A stretch of DNA of 64,000 nt from Candidatus Zixiibacteriota bacterium (GTDB lineage Bacteria > Zixibacteria > MSB-5A5 > GN15 > JAAZOE01), in contig JBDREQ010000003.1 of the NCBI GenBank assembly GCA_043819555.1, forward strand, positions 122,973 through 186,972. Reading direction: 5' to 3'. Under the pieces are notes generated by a model. It did not search any database and was not told the DNA's origin. It saw only the letters and a program-made list of their open reading frames with translations. Both the position numbers and the translations under genes were made by a program. Below, one piece after another: positions 38,551 through 48,090 of this stretch (position 1 is its first letter; every line of letters begins with the position of its first letter).

Positions 38551-41388
38551 ATGCTATTAAAAATTGCCTCATTATTATTTGCGCTGTTTATATTTGTATC
38601 GATTACTGGGGCTGATGATTTATATAAAGTTAAATTGAGAAATCAAGCCGATGCGGAATATATGAATTCACTGGATGTTCGGCCGGCCTTGAAAATATAT
38701 CAAGCATATTTAGTGGCTGCTACTGCCGAGCTGGCCTCGGATATTAAAAAATCGGGGATGGAAATAGGTCTACTTGCCCCGGACGTAGATTTTGATAATT
38801 TATTTATAGATTCCCGCCGGGATAGCAAATACGCAAAGGATTATCCTTCAATTTATGAAGACTCTCGGTTAAGGCTTGTAGAAGTTGCCGAAAGAGATAA
38901 GACGGCGGTAAATTTACCAAGTGAATTTTGGCCGATCAGCTTAATGGAATTTTCTTTCCGGTTTACGGAGCCGAAAAAATATGATATCGGCGCGCTCTAT
39001 AATGCCCCGGATTTGGAATATATAATGTCTCTTGTGGAAACCGATTCGTTAATATCATATACCGAAAAGTTGCAGGCTTTTAACGGTCGTGCGGTGGGAT
39101 CCGATTCCAATTATGCTTCGAGTCAGTGGATTTTTGATAAACTTCAGGAGTTTGGATATAATCCGGAGTTCGATAATTTTATTGTATCAAGATATGGCGG
39201 CCCTGTCAACGCCCGCAATGTAGTCGCGACTAAAACTGGCCTTGTTTCGCCTGATAATCAGATGATATTATGCGCCCATTTTGACGCCGTTCCGGGATCT
39301 CCGGGTGCGGATGACAATGGTTCAGGAACGGCCGGAGTTTTGGAGTTGGCAAGAGTATTGAAAGATATTGAGGTTGATTTATCATTTGTTTTCATTTTAT
39401 TTGACGCTGAAGAAATAGGATTGTACGGCTCGTTTCATTATTCCGAAGAGGCATTTGCATCAAGCGATAACATTGAATACGTTCTCAATCTGGATATGAT
39501 AGCTCACTATCCAAACTCTGACAGCGCCAATCTTTTTCACAGTGATTTTTTGGAATATGCCTATTTATGTTCTCACTTGGGCGATTCCTTGCTGGATTTG
39601 ACAATTGAATTTGGAGGAACCTCAGGCGGTTCGGATCATTATCCATTTTCAACTTATGGTTGGGAAGTTGGTTTTCTCGCGGAACGTATTTTTTCAGATG
39701 TATATCACAGCAGTCATGACAGTACCACTTATATGAATTTTGAATATATGACAAGGATGGTGCAGCTTGCAGCGGCGACTACTTATTCAATCGATTATGC
39801 CTTTATTCCCGAGCCGACGCTGGCGATTAAGTTTCCGGATGGAGTACCTTTGGCAATTGTGGCTGACGAGCAATATTTATTTAGAGTAGACATTAATGAA
39901 CTATACGGCGGGCAACATCTATCAAATAGTTGCCAATTGCATTATTGGAATCAAGATGGATCCCCGGTAATCGAAGATATGACAGAAGTTGATTATGGGC
40001 GCTATGAGGTATATTTCCCGGCGCTTGGCAGTGGCAGTTATTTTGATTTCTTTGTTACTGTTCAGGATATTGATGGCGGATTATCTTATGCCGGTTCGTA
40101 TGAAAATCCTTATCGTGCAACATCTCTTCATTTTGAAGATATTCTGATTTCTGATAATTTTGAAACGGATTTGAGTTGGACCACAAGTTCTGACGCAACT
40201 TCCGGATTTTGGGAGAGGGATGTCCCAGTAACTGGCGGTTATGGGGGAGAGCCGCCATCGGATTATGATGGAAGCGGCTATTGTTTTGTGACTGGAAATT
40301 CCGAAGGGTCAGATGTTGATTATGGCACAGTCTCGCTCTATTCTCCAGCATTTGATGTCAGCGACGGATACGGTTTGGTTAATCTCGCATTCTGGTTTAG
40401 TAATGGCTCACCCAAATCAGATATTTTAAATATATATTTGCGAAAACAGGGGATTAGCCAGTGGGCTTTCGTTAAGTCTTTTGGGCCCGTCGGGAATGCT
40501 TCCGGAGGATGGGACCAATTTTCTTTCTGGGTAAATGATATTTATCCTGCGGGAGGAGTGTTTGAGCTCAGAATTGATGCGTCCGATGAAGGTTTTGATT
40601 CACAAGTCGAAGCCGCCATTGACGCATTTTCAGTGACCAAATATTTCCCGGATCCATTGACGATATTGGATGCCACTCCTGCCGACTGGACGATGGGACA
40701 GCCATATTCTTTTCAACTCAATGCTGAAGGAGGGGTCGGTGAATATCTTTGGGTCGATTACAATCAAGGATTGGCGCCGTTTGGATTGTTGATTTCTATT
40801 GAAGATGGTACAATATCCGGCATTCCAATAGCTTCGGGAGAGGTTGAATTCGTGGCATGGATTGCGGATGAAATGTATAATGATAACGAAAAGGCCTTTT
40901 CATTTGTTATAAATCAGCCGGTTGATCTGATTACGGAAACAGTCCCTGAAGGAGAAGTTGACGTTGCATATTATGAACTGCTTGAATGCAGCGGCGGTAC
41001 AGGAATAAAAATATGGTCGGAATTAGATTCCAATCTTGAGTCAGCAGGATTGACTCTATCCGAAAGCGGGGTATTATCCGGGACAGTAGTTGTCCCTCAG
41101 GAAATATCATTTGCAGTTCATGTTGAAGATATTGCCGGAAGTTTCGATGAACATGAGTTCTCGATTGCATTTACCTATATTTATCTTCCCGGTGACGCTA
41201 ACGGTGATGAAAATGTCAATATTGGCGACGCGGTATTTTTGATCAACCATGTTTTTAAGGGAGGCCCTGCGCCTTATCCTCTGATTTCAGGTGACGCGAA
41301 TTGTGATGGCGATGTTAATGTAGGTGATGCTGTTTTTATCATCAATCATGTGTTTAAAGGCGGTCCGGAACCGGGATGCAGCGATTGA
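38551..41388 (+). CDS. Secreted M28 peptidase paralog with Ig-like repeats and C-terminal dockerin
   Basis: AHFD, GADDNGSG, AEEIGL, NLDM, SDH, YHS; dockerin repeats. Confidence 0.9.
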   Translation: MLLKIASLLFALFIFVSITGADDLYKVKLRNQADAEYMNSLDVRPALKIYQAYLVAATAELASDIKKSGMEIGLLAPDVDFDNLFIDSRRDSKYAKDYPSIYEDSRLRLVEVAERDKTAVNLPSEFWPISLMEFSFRFTEPKKYDIGALYNAPDLEYIMSLVETDSLISYTEKLQAFNGRAVGSDSNYASSQWIFDKLQEFGYNPEFDNFIVSRYGGPVNARNVVATKTGLVSPDNQMILCAHFDAVPGSPGADDNGSGTAGVLELARVLKDIEVDLSFVFILFDAEEIGLYGSFHYSEEAFASSDNIEYVLNLDMIAHYPNSDSANLFHSDFLEYAYLCSHLGDSLLDLTIEFGGTSGGSDHYPFSTYGWEVGFLAERIFSDVYHSSHDSTTYMNFEYMTRMVQLAAATTYSIDYAFIPEPTLAIKFPDGVPLAIVADEQYLFRVDINELYGGQHLSNSCQLHYWNQDGSPVIEDMTEVDYGRYEVYFPALGSGSYFDFFVTVQDIDGGLSYAGSYENPYRATSLHFEDILISDNFETDLSWTTSSDATSGFWERDVPVTGGYGGEPPSDYDGSGYCFVTGNSEGSDVDYGTVSLYSPAFDVSDGYGLVNLAFWFSNGSPKSDILNIYLRKQGISQWAFVKSFGPVGNASGGWDQFSFWVNDIYPAGGVFELRIDASDEGFDSQVEAAIDAFSVTKYFPDPLTILDATPADWTMGQPYSFQLNAEGGVGEYLWVDYNQGLAPFGLLISIEDGTISGIPIASGEVEFVAWIADEMYNDNEKAFSFVINQPVDLITETVPEGEVDVAYYELLECSGGTGIKIWSELDSNLESAGLTLSESGVLSGTVVVPQEISFAVHVEDIAGSFDEHEFSIAFTYIYLPGDANGDENVNIGDAVFLINHVFKGGPAPYPLISGDANCDGDVNVGDAVFIINHVFKGGPEPGCSD

Positions 41389-41444
41389 TTGCCGGGCGAA
41401 GGTTGAAGTTTTGAATAGAGGTTCATCGAGATTAATTATAAAAA

Positions 41445-41762
41445 CTACTTGCCCTCAATTACTTTATAAACTGTTTCTCGTGTGAAAAAATAGGGCAACC
41501 CCTGAAGAGCGCCACGATTTTCAGTACAGACACAAAATAGTTTTGTTTCAAAAATAGCTATGACCATTTCACTAAGCGCGCCGGGTTCCAAATCGGCGTA
41601 ATATTTCCCGACTTCAATGAGCCGTTTTGTCTGGCCGTGATACAGTGGATTGACACCCACAGCCAAAATATTTTTGTCTCGAATGGGATGACCCAGAGTT
41701 CTCTCAAGATAAGTCTTAATTTCCAGGTACTTTTTTTCGTCTATTTTAAATTTATCATTCAT
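41445..41762 (-). CDS. Hypothetical protein
   Basis: 105-aa ORF occupying the intergenic space. Confidence 0.55.
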   Translation of the reverse strand: MNDKFKIDEKKYLEIKTYLERTLGHPIRDKNILAVGVNPLYHGQTKRLIEVGKYYADLEPGALSEMVIAIFETKLFCVCTENRGALQGLPYFFTRETVYKVIEGK

Positions 41763-41960
41763 TTCTTAAAAGATTTCATGAAAGCCGGAATATGTCAAGT
41801 GAAATAGCAAATCCTTTTAACCAGGTAAGGCATCCAATTTGAGGGAACATTTTAGTACCTCGACTGTTATAGTCCATGAATAGACTGTAGAGACAGTAAA
41901 TGATCTAACGCCTAATACAGGGGTTACCTGGCAGGCTTAATAAAAAAATGGAGGTTTACA

Positions 41961-42584
41961 ATGGCTTATAAATTACCGAAATTACAATACTCTTACGACG
42001 CGTTAGAGCCTTATATTGATGCGCGGACAATGGAAATCCATCATAGCAAACATCATCAGGCTTATGTAAATAATCTAAACGCGATCGTCGAAAATTATGC
42101 TGATATAGCCAAACAATCACCGGAAGAATTACTGGTTAATCTGAATAATATTCCTGAGAAAATTCGGACCGGGATACGCAATAATGGCGGAGGAGTCGCC
42201 AATCATACGTTCTTTTGGAGTATTTTGAAGAAGGGCGTGGAATTTAGTGGAGAGGTTTCCGAAGCTATAAATGCCAAGTATGGCAGTTTTGATAATTTCA
42301 AGGAACAGTTTATGAAGGCCGCGCTGGGACAGTTTGGAAGCGGTTGGGCATGGTTGGTAGTTTCAAATGGAGATTTGGAAATAATGGCGACGGCTAATCA
42401 GGACAGTCCTTTGAACCATGGCAAAACGCCGATTCTGGCGGTTGATGTCTGGGAACACGCTTATTATCTGAATTATCAGAACAGGCGCCCGGATTACCTG
42501 AACGAATTTTTTAATGTTATAAACTGGGAAAAAGTGAATAAGTATTATTGTGAATCTGTCAAAAAAAGTGTAGTTACTCCCTAA
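41961..42584 (+). CDS. sodA: Superoxide dismutase, Mn-type signature
   Basis: [32 protein letters not shown]. Confidence 0.93.
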   Translation: MAYKLPKLQYSYDALEPYIDARTMEIHHSKHHQAYVNNLNAIVENYADIAKQSPEELLVNLNNIPEKIRTGIRNNGGGVANHTFFWSILKKGVEFSGEVSEAINAKYGSFDNFKEQFMKAALGQFGSGWAWLVVSNGDLEIMATANQDSPLNHGKTPILAVDVWEHAYYLNYQNRRPDYLNEFFNVINWEKVNKYYCESVKKSVVTP

Positions 42585-42593
42585 CCTTCGATG

Positions 42594-42633
42594 ATAGCCG
42601 TATCCAGTTTATTGGGTACGGCTATATTATTTT
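42594..42633 (+). terminator. Terminator between convergent genes
   Basis: atagccgtatcca...tgggtacggctat hairpin. Confidence 0.65.
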
Positions 42634-42645
42634 TCGATGATGACG

Positions 42646-43137
42646 CTATTTAATCATAGATTCTTCAGTATACTGCAATCTTTTTTCCGCCTCAATCCAG
42701 TCATCAGTATCTCGGCCATTTTCGGCACCACGATTTTCATATAGGGAATAGGCAACTTTCTCGACGACCCATCCAATTTTGCTTTTATCCTGCTCGCCGG
42801 ATATCTCAAGCATCAATTCTGCGCCATTTTTGGATTTTATTTGAAGCGTTAACTTTGAGTTGTCTTCCCTCGTATCGATTTGAATAGTATCCGGATCAGG
42901 CAACGTTACTTCGGGAAGGGCCAGATTATTTGGGTCCCAGCTTGCTCTAAATAACTGAATTCCATTGATGAATCGACCTTTTCTGCATGGTTTGATACCC
43001 AAAAACGGATCCAATGGGATTTCTTGTCGATTTTGATCCATATCCCGGATGGTTATTTTGGCCTGGCGGTATTGATTTTCCAAGTTGAAGTGTCGGCAAA
43101 ATCGGGTCCAATTGCTGCGCTTGATTTCCTTGACCAT
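42646..43137 (-). CDS. DUF5335-like + DUF2934 domain protein
   Basis: EIKRSNWTRFC at the N-terminus; AYSLYENRG..NGRD.DDW..AE at the C-terminus. Confidence 0.7.
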   Translation of the reverse strand: MVKEIKRSNWTRFCRHFNLENQYRQAKITIRDMDQNRQEIPLDPFLGIKPCRKGRFINGIQLFRASWDPNNLALPEVTLPDPDTIQIDTREDNSKLTLQIKSKNGAELMLEISGEQDKSKIGWVVEKVAYSLYENRGAENGRDTDDWIEAEKRLQYTEESMIK

Positions 43138-43336
43138 ATATACCTCTTGAGGTTTATGTGATAAATGTCTCATTTTTTATATCGGTTTGTTTCATATCGA
43201 AATTAATCTATGAAGAATAGATAGTTTTGATGCCCACAAACCTATCTACGGCTGTCAGGCATTATTATTTGATATGTCCTGTCCCCAGTATGTGGTTTTA
43301 TTGATATGGCGGCAAGTGAATAATTGATTTATATTT

Positions 43337-44176
43337 ATGCACGCTCAATATGAGATGATGAATAGTCAAAATGACAACCAAAGCGAAATAGAGTGGAAAA
43401 TGAAGAAAGATAAGAATAATGTGATAAAGAAAAGGCAAAACTGGTTCCGCGAGTCATTCTCGGATGATTATTTGTGGCTTTACGCTCATCGCAATGATTC
43501 AGAAGCTAACAGGCAAGCTAAAGTGGCGTTGAAATTGTTGCCATTTAGGAAAGGACAGAAAGTACTTGATGTGGCCTGTGGAGCCGGCCGCCATATAGTT
43601 GCTTTTGCCCGGCTTGGCGCGCGTATGACCGGAGTAGATCTGTCGCCGGTGCTTATTGAAACCGCTCGAAATAAGATCAAAGACAAAGGCGTACATGCAA
43701 AATTGATAAACCAGGATATGCGCAGGCTTGATTTCAAAGATGAGTTTGACGGCGCGACAATGTGGTTTACCTCATTTGGATATTTTCCCAGTATCGCCGA
43801 TGATAAAGCTGTTTTAAGAGGGATTCATAGAGCGTTAAAACCTGGGGGGTGGTGGTGGATTGATTTGCCAAATCCATCCTGGCTGAATAAGAATCTAATC
43901 GATGAAACTCAGAGGACAAAAAGGGGGCCGTTTGGGAAGGCGGAAATTCGCGAAATCAGGAAAATTCTAAACGGCAGAATTATTAAGAATACGAGAATAA
44001 GGGATCGCATGGGAACGAGGGAGTTTTATGAAAGCGTCCGTCTCTATCACCCGGAACAGTTTGGATCATTAATTAAATCGTCCAGATTAAAAGCGGTAGG
44101 CGTATTGGGAGACTATGAGGGCAGGGCGCTTACGGCCGATAAACCTCGCCAGATATGGTACGGCATGAAAGAGTAG
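43337..44176 (+). CDS. Class I SAM-dependent methyltransferase
   Basis: VLDVACGAGRH, DMR, FTSFGYF, LKPGG. True start probably further downstream. Confidence 0.88.
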   Translation: MHAQYEMMNSQNDNQSEIEWKMKKDKNNVIKKRQNWFRESFSDDYLWLYAHRNDSEANRQAKVALKLLPFRKGQKVLDVACGAGRHIVAFARLGARMTGVDLSPVLIETARNKIKDKGVHAKLINQDMRRLDFKDEFDGATMWFTSFGYFPSIADDKAVLRGIHRALKPGGWWWIDLPNPSWLNKNLIDETQRTKRGPFGKAEIREIRKILNGRIIKNTRIRDRMGTREFYESVRLYHPEQFGSLIKSSRLKAVGVLGDYEGRALTADKPRQIWYGMKE

Positions 44177-44417
44177 TTTTGCCATGTAAATGGCAGATTT
44201 TGGATTTCTCCAGATAAATATCCATAAATATCAGCCGAAATTAACAAAATAGTAGATTATTTCCCATATCTTTGCGTATATATGCTGGATAAAGATATTG
44301 TTTATGCCTGGATTTCAAGGGTCAGATAAGTTGGCTTATTAAAGAACCTTAGAATCTGTTCTAAGCCGAATATTGCGGCATGAAAACCGAGCACTTTTAA
44401 ATAAGGGTAAAAGATTA

Positions 44418-44840
44418 ATGTTTTCAGCAAAAGCTCATTATGGTCTTAAGGCAATCATTTATTTGGCGAAAATGGAAGGGAAAGGTCCGATCCAGGCAAA
44501 GCAGATAGCCAGTTCACAGAATGTTCCTGTAAGATATTTAGAGCTGCTATTATCCCAGCTTAAAAAGGCACGAATTATTAATTCAAACCGGGGAAAATTG
44601 GGGGGATATTTTTTGGGGGGATCGGCTTCCAGTATAAAAGTTTATGATATTATTATAGCATTGGAAGGACAAATCTCGTTCATATCGTCACATGAGATTA
44701 AGGAAAACGATTTAATAGAAATCGTAGTTTCCAGTTACTGGAGTTCGGCCGAAGATTTATTGATTAGGAATTTGCAGCAGACGACTATCGAAGAATTGCT
44801 TCAGAAAACCGAAAAAGACGAGCAAATGTATTACATTTAA
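44418..44840 (+). CDS. Rrf2-family regulator (CymR-like, no Cys ligands)
   Basis: YGLKA, YLE.LL..LK, SNRG..GGY; directly upstream of cysK. Confidence 0.88.
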   Translation: MFSAKAHYGLKAIIYLAKMEGKGPIQAKQIASSQNVPVRYLELLLSQLKKARIINSNRGKLGGYFLGGSASSIKVYDIIIALEGQISFISSHEIKENDLIEIVVSSYWSSAEDLLIRNLQQTTIEELLQKTEKDEQMYYI

Positions 44841-44853
44841 TGGGAGATGAATT

Positions 44854-45789
44854 ATGTCGGGAATAATGGGTAATGTAATAGATTTAATAGGTAAAACGCC
44901 CCTTTTGGCTCTGGATCGGATAGCTGGTGGTTTACCAGCGCGCATTCTGGGCAAAATGGAATCGCAGAACCCGGCTTCATCAGTAAAAGATAGAATTGGA
45001 TATGCCATGATCGCCGCCGCGGAAGAAGATGGGCTGCTTAAAGAAGATTCCGTTATCATAGAACCGACTTCCGGGAATACCGGTATTGCCCTTGCGTTTG
45101 TATGCGCGGTCAAAGGTTATAAGCTAATTCTTACGATGCCTGAAACGATGTCGGTCGAGAGACGGAACTTGCTCAAAGCATACGGGGCGGAAATAGTCCT
45201 GACTCCCGGCGCGGAAGGTATGAGCGGCGCGGTATCGGCCGCAGAGGAGTTGGTTGGGAAGTACCCTGGCTCGGTCATGCTACAACAGTTCAATAATCCT
45301 TCTAATCCCTTGATTCATGAGAGGACTACCGGGCCGGAGATTTGGGAAGATACCGGTGGAAGAATTGATGCGATTGTTACAGGTATAGGTACGGGGGGAA
45401 CCATCATGGGAATCACCAGATTTATTAGAAAGCATAATCCGAATTTCAAAGCAATTGCGGTCGAACCAGAGGCATCGCCGTTTTTATCCAAGGGTGAAAA
45501 GGGACCTCATCCTTTGCAGGGAATTGGCGCAGGTTTTAAGCCCGGAATTGTGGATCTTGACCTGATTGATGAAATTGTGACTGTCACCAATGATGAAGCG
45601 ATCGAGACCACCCGTAATATTGTCAGGAAGGAAGGAATACTGGCGGGAATATCTTCGGGGGCTAATGTTGCGGCAGCAATTAAGGTGGCGTCGAGACCGG
45701 AAAATAAAGGCAAAACAATTGTTACCTTAATTTGCGATACCGGAGAAAGGTATCTCTCGACCCCAACATATTCGGAATTTGATTTTTGA
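44854..45789 (+). CDS. cysK: Cysteine synthase A
   Basis: SVKDR, EPTSGNTG, GTGGT, HPLQGIG, GISSG, DTGERYLS. Confidence 0.96.
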   Translation: MSGIMGNVIDLIGKTPLLALDRIAGGLPARILGKMESQNPASSVKDRIGYAMIAAAEEDGLLKEDSVIIEPTSGNTGIALAFVCAVKGYKLILTMPETMSVERRNLLKAYGAEIVLTPGAEGMSGAVSAAEELVGKYPGSVMLQQFNNPSNPLIHERTTGPEIWEDTGGRIDAIVTGIGTGGTIMGITRFIRKHNPNFKAIAVEPEASPFLSKGEKGPHPLQGIGAGFKPGIVDLDLIDEIVTVTNDEAIETTRNIVRKEGILAGISSGANVAAAIKVASRPENKGKTIVTLICDTGERYLSTPTYSEFDF

Positions 45790-45962
45790 TATTTCTGTTT
45801 CAATATAAAATGGTTGGAACAAGTATATGTCTCATTATTAAACATGCGGTCATTAATTGGAGCTATTTACATCGGCGCCTCATTTTTTTCGCTCATTATA
45901 AGTTATTGCACTACAATAAATAAAGAAGTTGTTTTTCGCATTTCTACTCTTTTGGGTCATCC

Positions 45963-45978
45963 TGGCACACATTCTGCT
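45963..45978 (+). promoter_or_regulatory. sigma54 -24/-12 promoter
   Basis: TGGCAC-acatt-CTGCT with exact GG-N10-GC spacing. Confidence 0.65.
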
Positions 45979-45989
45979 TAAGTTATACT

Positions 45990-46153
45990 AATTCGATTCC
46001 TCCATGAGGAATGTGAGGGGAAGAGGATGGCAAGGTGATTGCCCTCCCGATTATAAAAGGGGGATATCGCGGAAGGTTTGAGGGGACTCCGCGGTATTCA
46101 AATCGAATCTAAGGGGGATCAGCCTGCAACTGCACTGCAGGCTGATTTTTTTT
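45990..46153 (+). ncRNA. Candidate structured small RNA ending in a strong terminator
   Basis: 8-bp closing stem enclosing four hairpins; atcagcctgca...tgcaggctgat+T terminator at 46118-46153. Confidence 0.5.
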
Positions 46154-46268
46154 GTATATTCCTCGATGCTCCATTTCCGGCGATTTCGTGAAAGATTCGA
46201 TAAGCCGGCGCAAAAAATAAAGCCTTCCTCAGATTATAGTTTTAAAACCTCATGAATTATGTATAATA

Positions 46269-47276
46269 ATGTATAAAGGTGCTATAATGATTGGTGAAAT
46301 GATTGAAAGATTGGCGGCAAAAGAAACGGGCCGAGCCGAATGCCCGATCGCTATTAGTCATAAGAGAATGTGCATTGTTTATCCGAAGTATCTATCTTTT
46401 GCCCCTTTTATATCTTCAAGCGAGGAAAATGGCAAAAATAAGACTGAGCATTACCGATTTGACTGGCAACCGGGGTGGTCTTTAAACGGGGCGATATCGC
46501 TGTTTTCAAATGTTCATAAGATAATTCGGTTGGTTCGTCAATCTGCCACAATTGAGATGTACAGTTTTTCGAATAAATTGGACTTTCCTATTCTATTTAT
46601 TCTAACTATGATAGGCAGCTTATTTGGAGTCAGGATTATACTGAACGATTATTGTTTCAATCGGAATAATGAAAATGGAAAAGCATGGTTTCTTTATTGC
46701 CTCAGCGATTTGGTAAGGCTGGGAGATAGAAGTAGAAGGATCGGAAAATATTTATCATCCACCATTTTTGTCAATTCCTATGAATCTGAAGATTTGTCAA
46801 AATATATGAGAATCCCGAATGTTTCGATTGCACCCAGGGTTATGATATATGGTGATTTTGAGCATAAGAAAATTATCGCCCTCATTAACCGAGCCTTTGA
46901 TATCGTAAAGCAAAAATATCCCAGGACAGAATTTATATTGATATGTCCGGCATTTTATGACGAGGAGCAGATGTCGGTTTTTAGACGGAAACCGACAATA
47001 GAAATTGTTCGGCCAAAAGATGAAAATGATTTAAGAGATTTATATTCGGAGGCAGATATTTTGGCGGTTTTATCTTCCGGAGGTAGTAATTGTTATTTTA
47101 TTAAGCGAGCTAATGCGGCCGGTATCCCAGTAATACTAAATGATAAGAATTATGCGCAGACCAATGGCAATGCCAAGCGCATTTTAATATCTCGAGATAG
47201 TTATAGCTCATTAGCCGGTGAAATAATTAAGCTGGTTGATGACAAAGAATATTATCGCACTTTTTCTCAGCCATAG
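46269..47276 (+). CDS. Divergent GT-B (GT4-like) glycosyltransferase
   Basis: LINRAF..VKQKYP, LYSEADI, ANAAGIPVI, LAGEIIKL; the usual ExA motif is not evident. Confidence 0.6.
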   Translation: MYKGAIMIGEMIERLAAKETGRAECPIAISHKRMCIVYPKYLSFAPFISSSEENGKNKTEHYRFDWQPGWSLNGAISLFSNVHKIIRLVRQSATIEMYSFSNKLDFPILFILTMIGSLFGVRIILNDYCFNRNNENGKAWFLYCLSDLVRLGDRSRRIGKYLSSTIFVNSYESEDLSKYMRIPNVSIAPRVMIYGDFEHKKIIALINRAFDIVKQKYPRTEFILICPAFYDEEQMSVFRRKPTIEIVRPKDENDLRDLYSEADILAVLSSGGSNCYFIKRANAAGIPVILNDKNYAQTNGNAKRILISRDSYSSLAGEIIKLVDDKEYYRTFSQP

Positions 47277-47365
47277 TTTCTTCGACAAATCGTAATTCAA
47301 ACACTGTGATTTTCGATCCTGTTAATTTCTTTTATGTCTTTCCGATAGATATAGAGGAGGAAGAT

Positions 47366-47962
47366 ATGAAAACGGGATTGATATTCATGGCCGCAATAAT
47401 ATTATTGCCCGCTTATTGCCTGGGTGACAGCGGAGCCGATTTTATAATTAAATGCGGGTTTGTGGATGATTTTCATCATCCCGGTTTGCGCCTCCCAATT
47501 AATAATTTCGAACGACAAAATCTCGCCGGCGGGCAATTTTATTTTTCACAACCCATGATATTTGATCTAATAATCGGAGTCGACTTATTTCGGCAGGAGA
47601 GAGTTTACTCATTGGAAGGCCAGAAAATCAATTTGAGAATGCGGGATATGGCCGTAACGGCTTCGTTAGTTATCCCCATTAAATTCTCAACTTTGGATTT
47701 ATTCGTCGGCGCGGGATGCGGTACGCATTCATTGGCATTTGATTATGTCCGGCCTCGGGATTTATCATTGACATCTAATGGGATGGTTATTCCGGAAGTA
47801 TCTACATATTTTGGATATCATGCTATCGCCGGGATGAAATATGATCTTCCGGGTTTACCGGTTGGCGTTTACGCTGAAAGCAAGTTTAATCGTGTTAATC
47901 TACCGGCTGAGGATATAGAATATAAGAGCTTCGCAATAGGATTATTTTTGAGTCTTCCTTAA
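47366..47962 (+). CDS. Outer-membrane beta-barrel protein
   Basis: GAGGAGG RBS before MKTGL, signal peptide, FVGAGCG, FGYHAIAG. Confidence 0.65.
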   Translation: MKTGLIFMAAIILLPAYCLGDSGADFIIKCGFVDDFHHPGLRLPINNFERQNLAGGQFYFSQPMIFDLIIGVDLFRQERVYSLEGQKINLRMRDMAVTASLVIPIKFSTLDLFVGAGCGTHSLAFDYVRPRDLSLTSNGMVIPEVSTYFGYHAIAGMKYDLPGLPVGVYAESKFNRVNLPAEDIEYKSFAIGLFLSLP

Positions 47963-47985
47963 AATCTTGTGCACAAAGAATATTT

Positions 47986-48018
47986 CCCCGGAATCACTGA
48001 ACGATCCGGGATTTTTTA
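47986..48018 (+). terminator. Rho-independent terminator
   Basis: ccccgga...tccgggg plus a T tract. Confidence 0.65.
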
Positions 48019-48090
48019 TTGCCCGCGAATGGTTACATTCGTACAATACAATTGGAGTTTAAATGAAATAGCCACAATTGGGGAGGTCGA

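Noticed and set aside
46004..46081. 25-codon ORF MRNVRG... inside the candidate sRNA
   Set aside because: No RBS, the ATG lies within a hairpin, and the base-pairing explains the sequence better.
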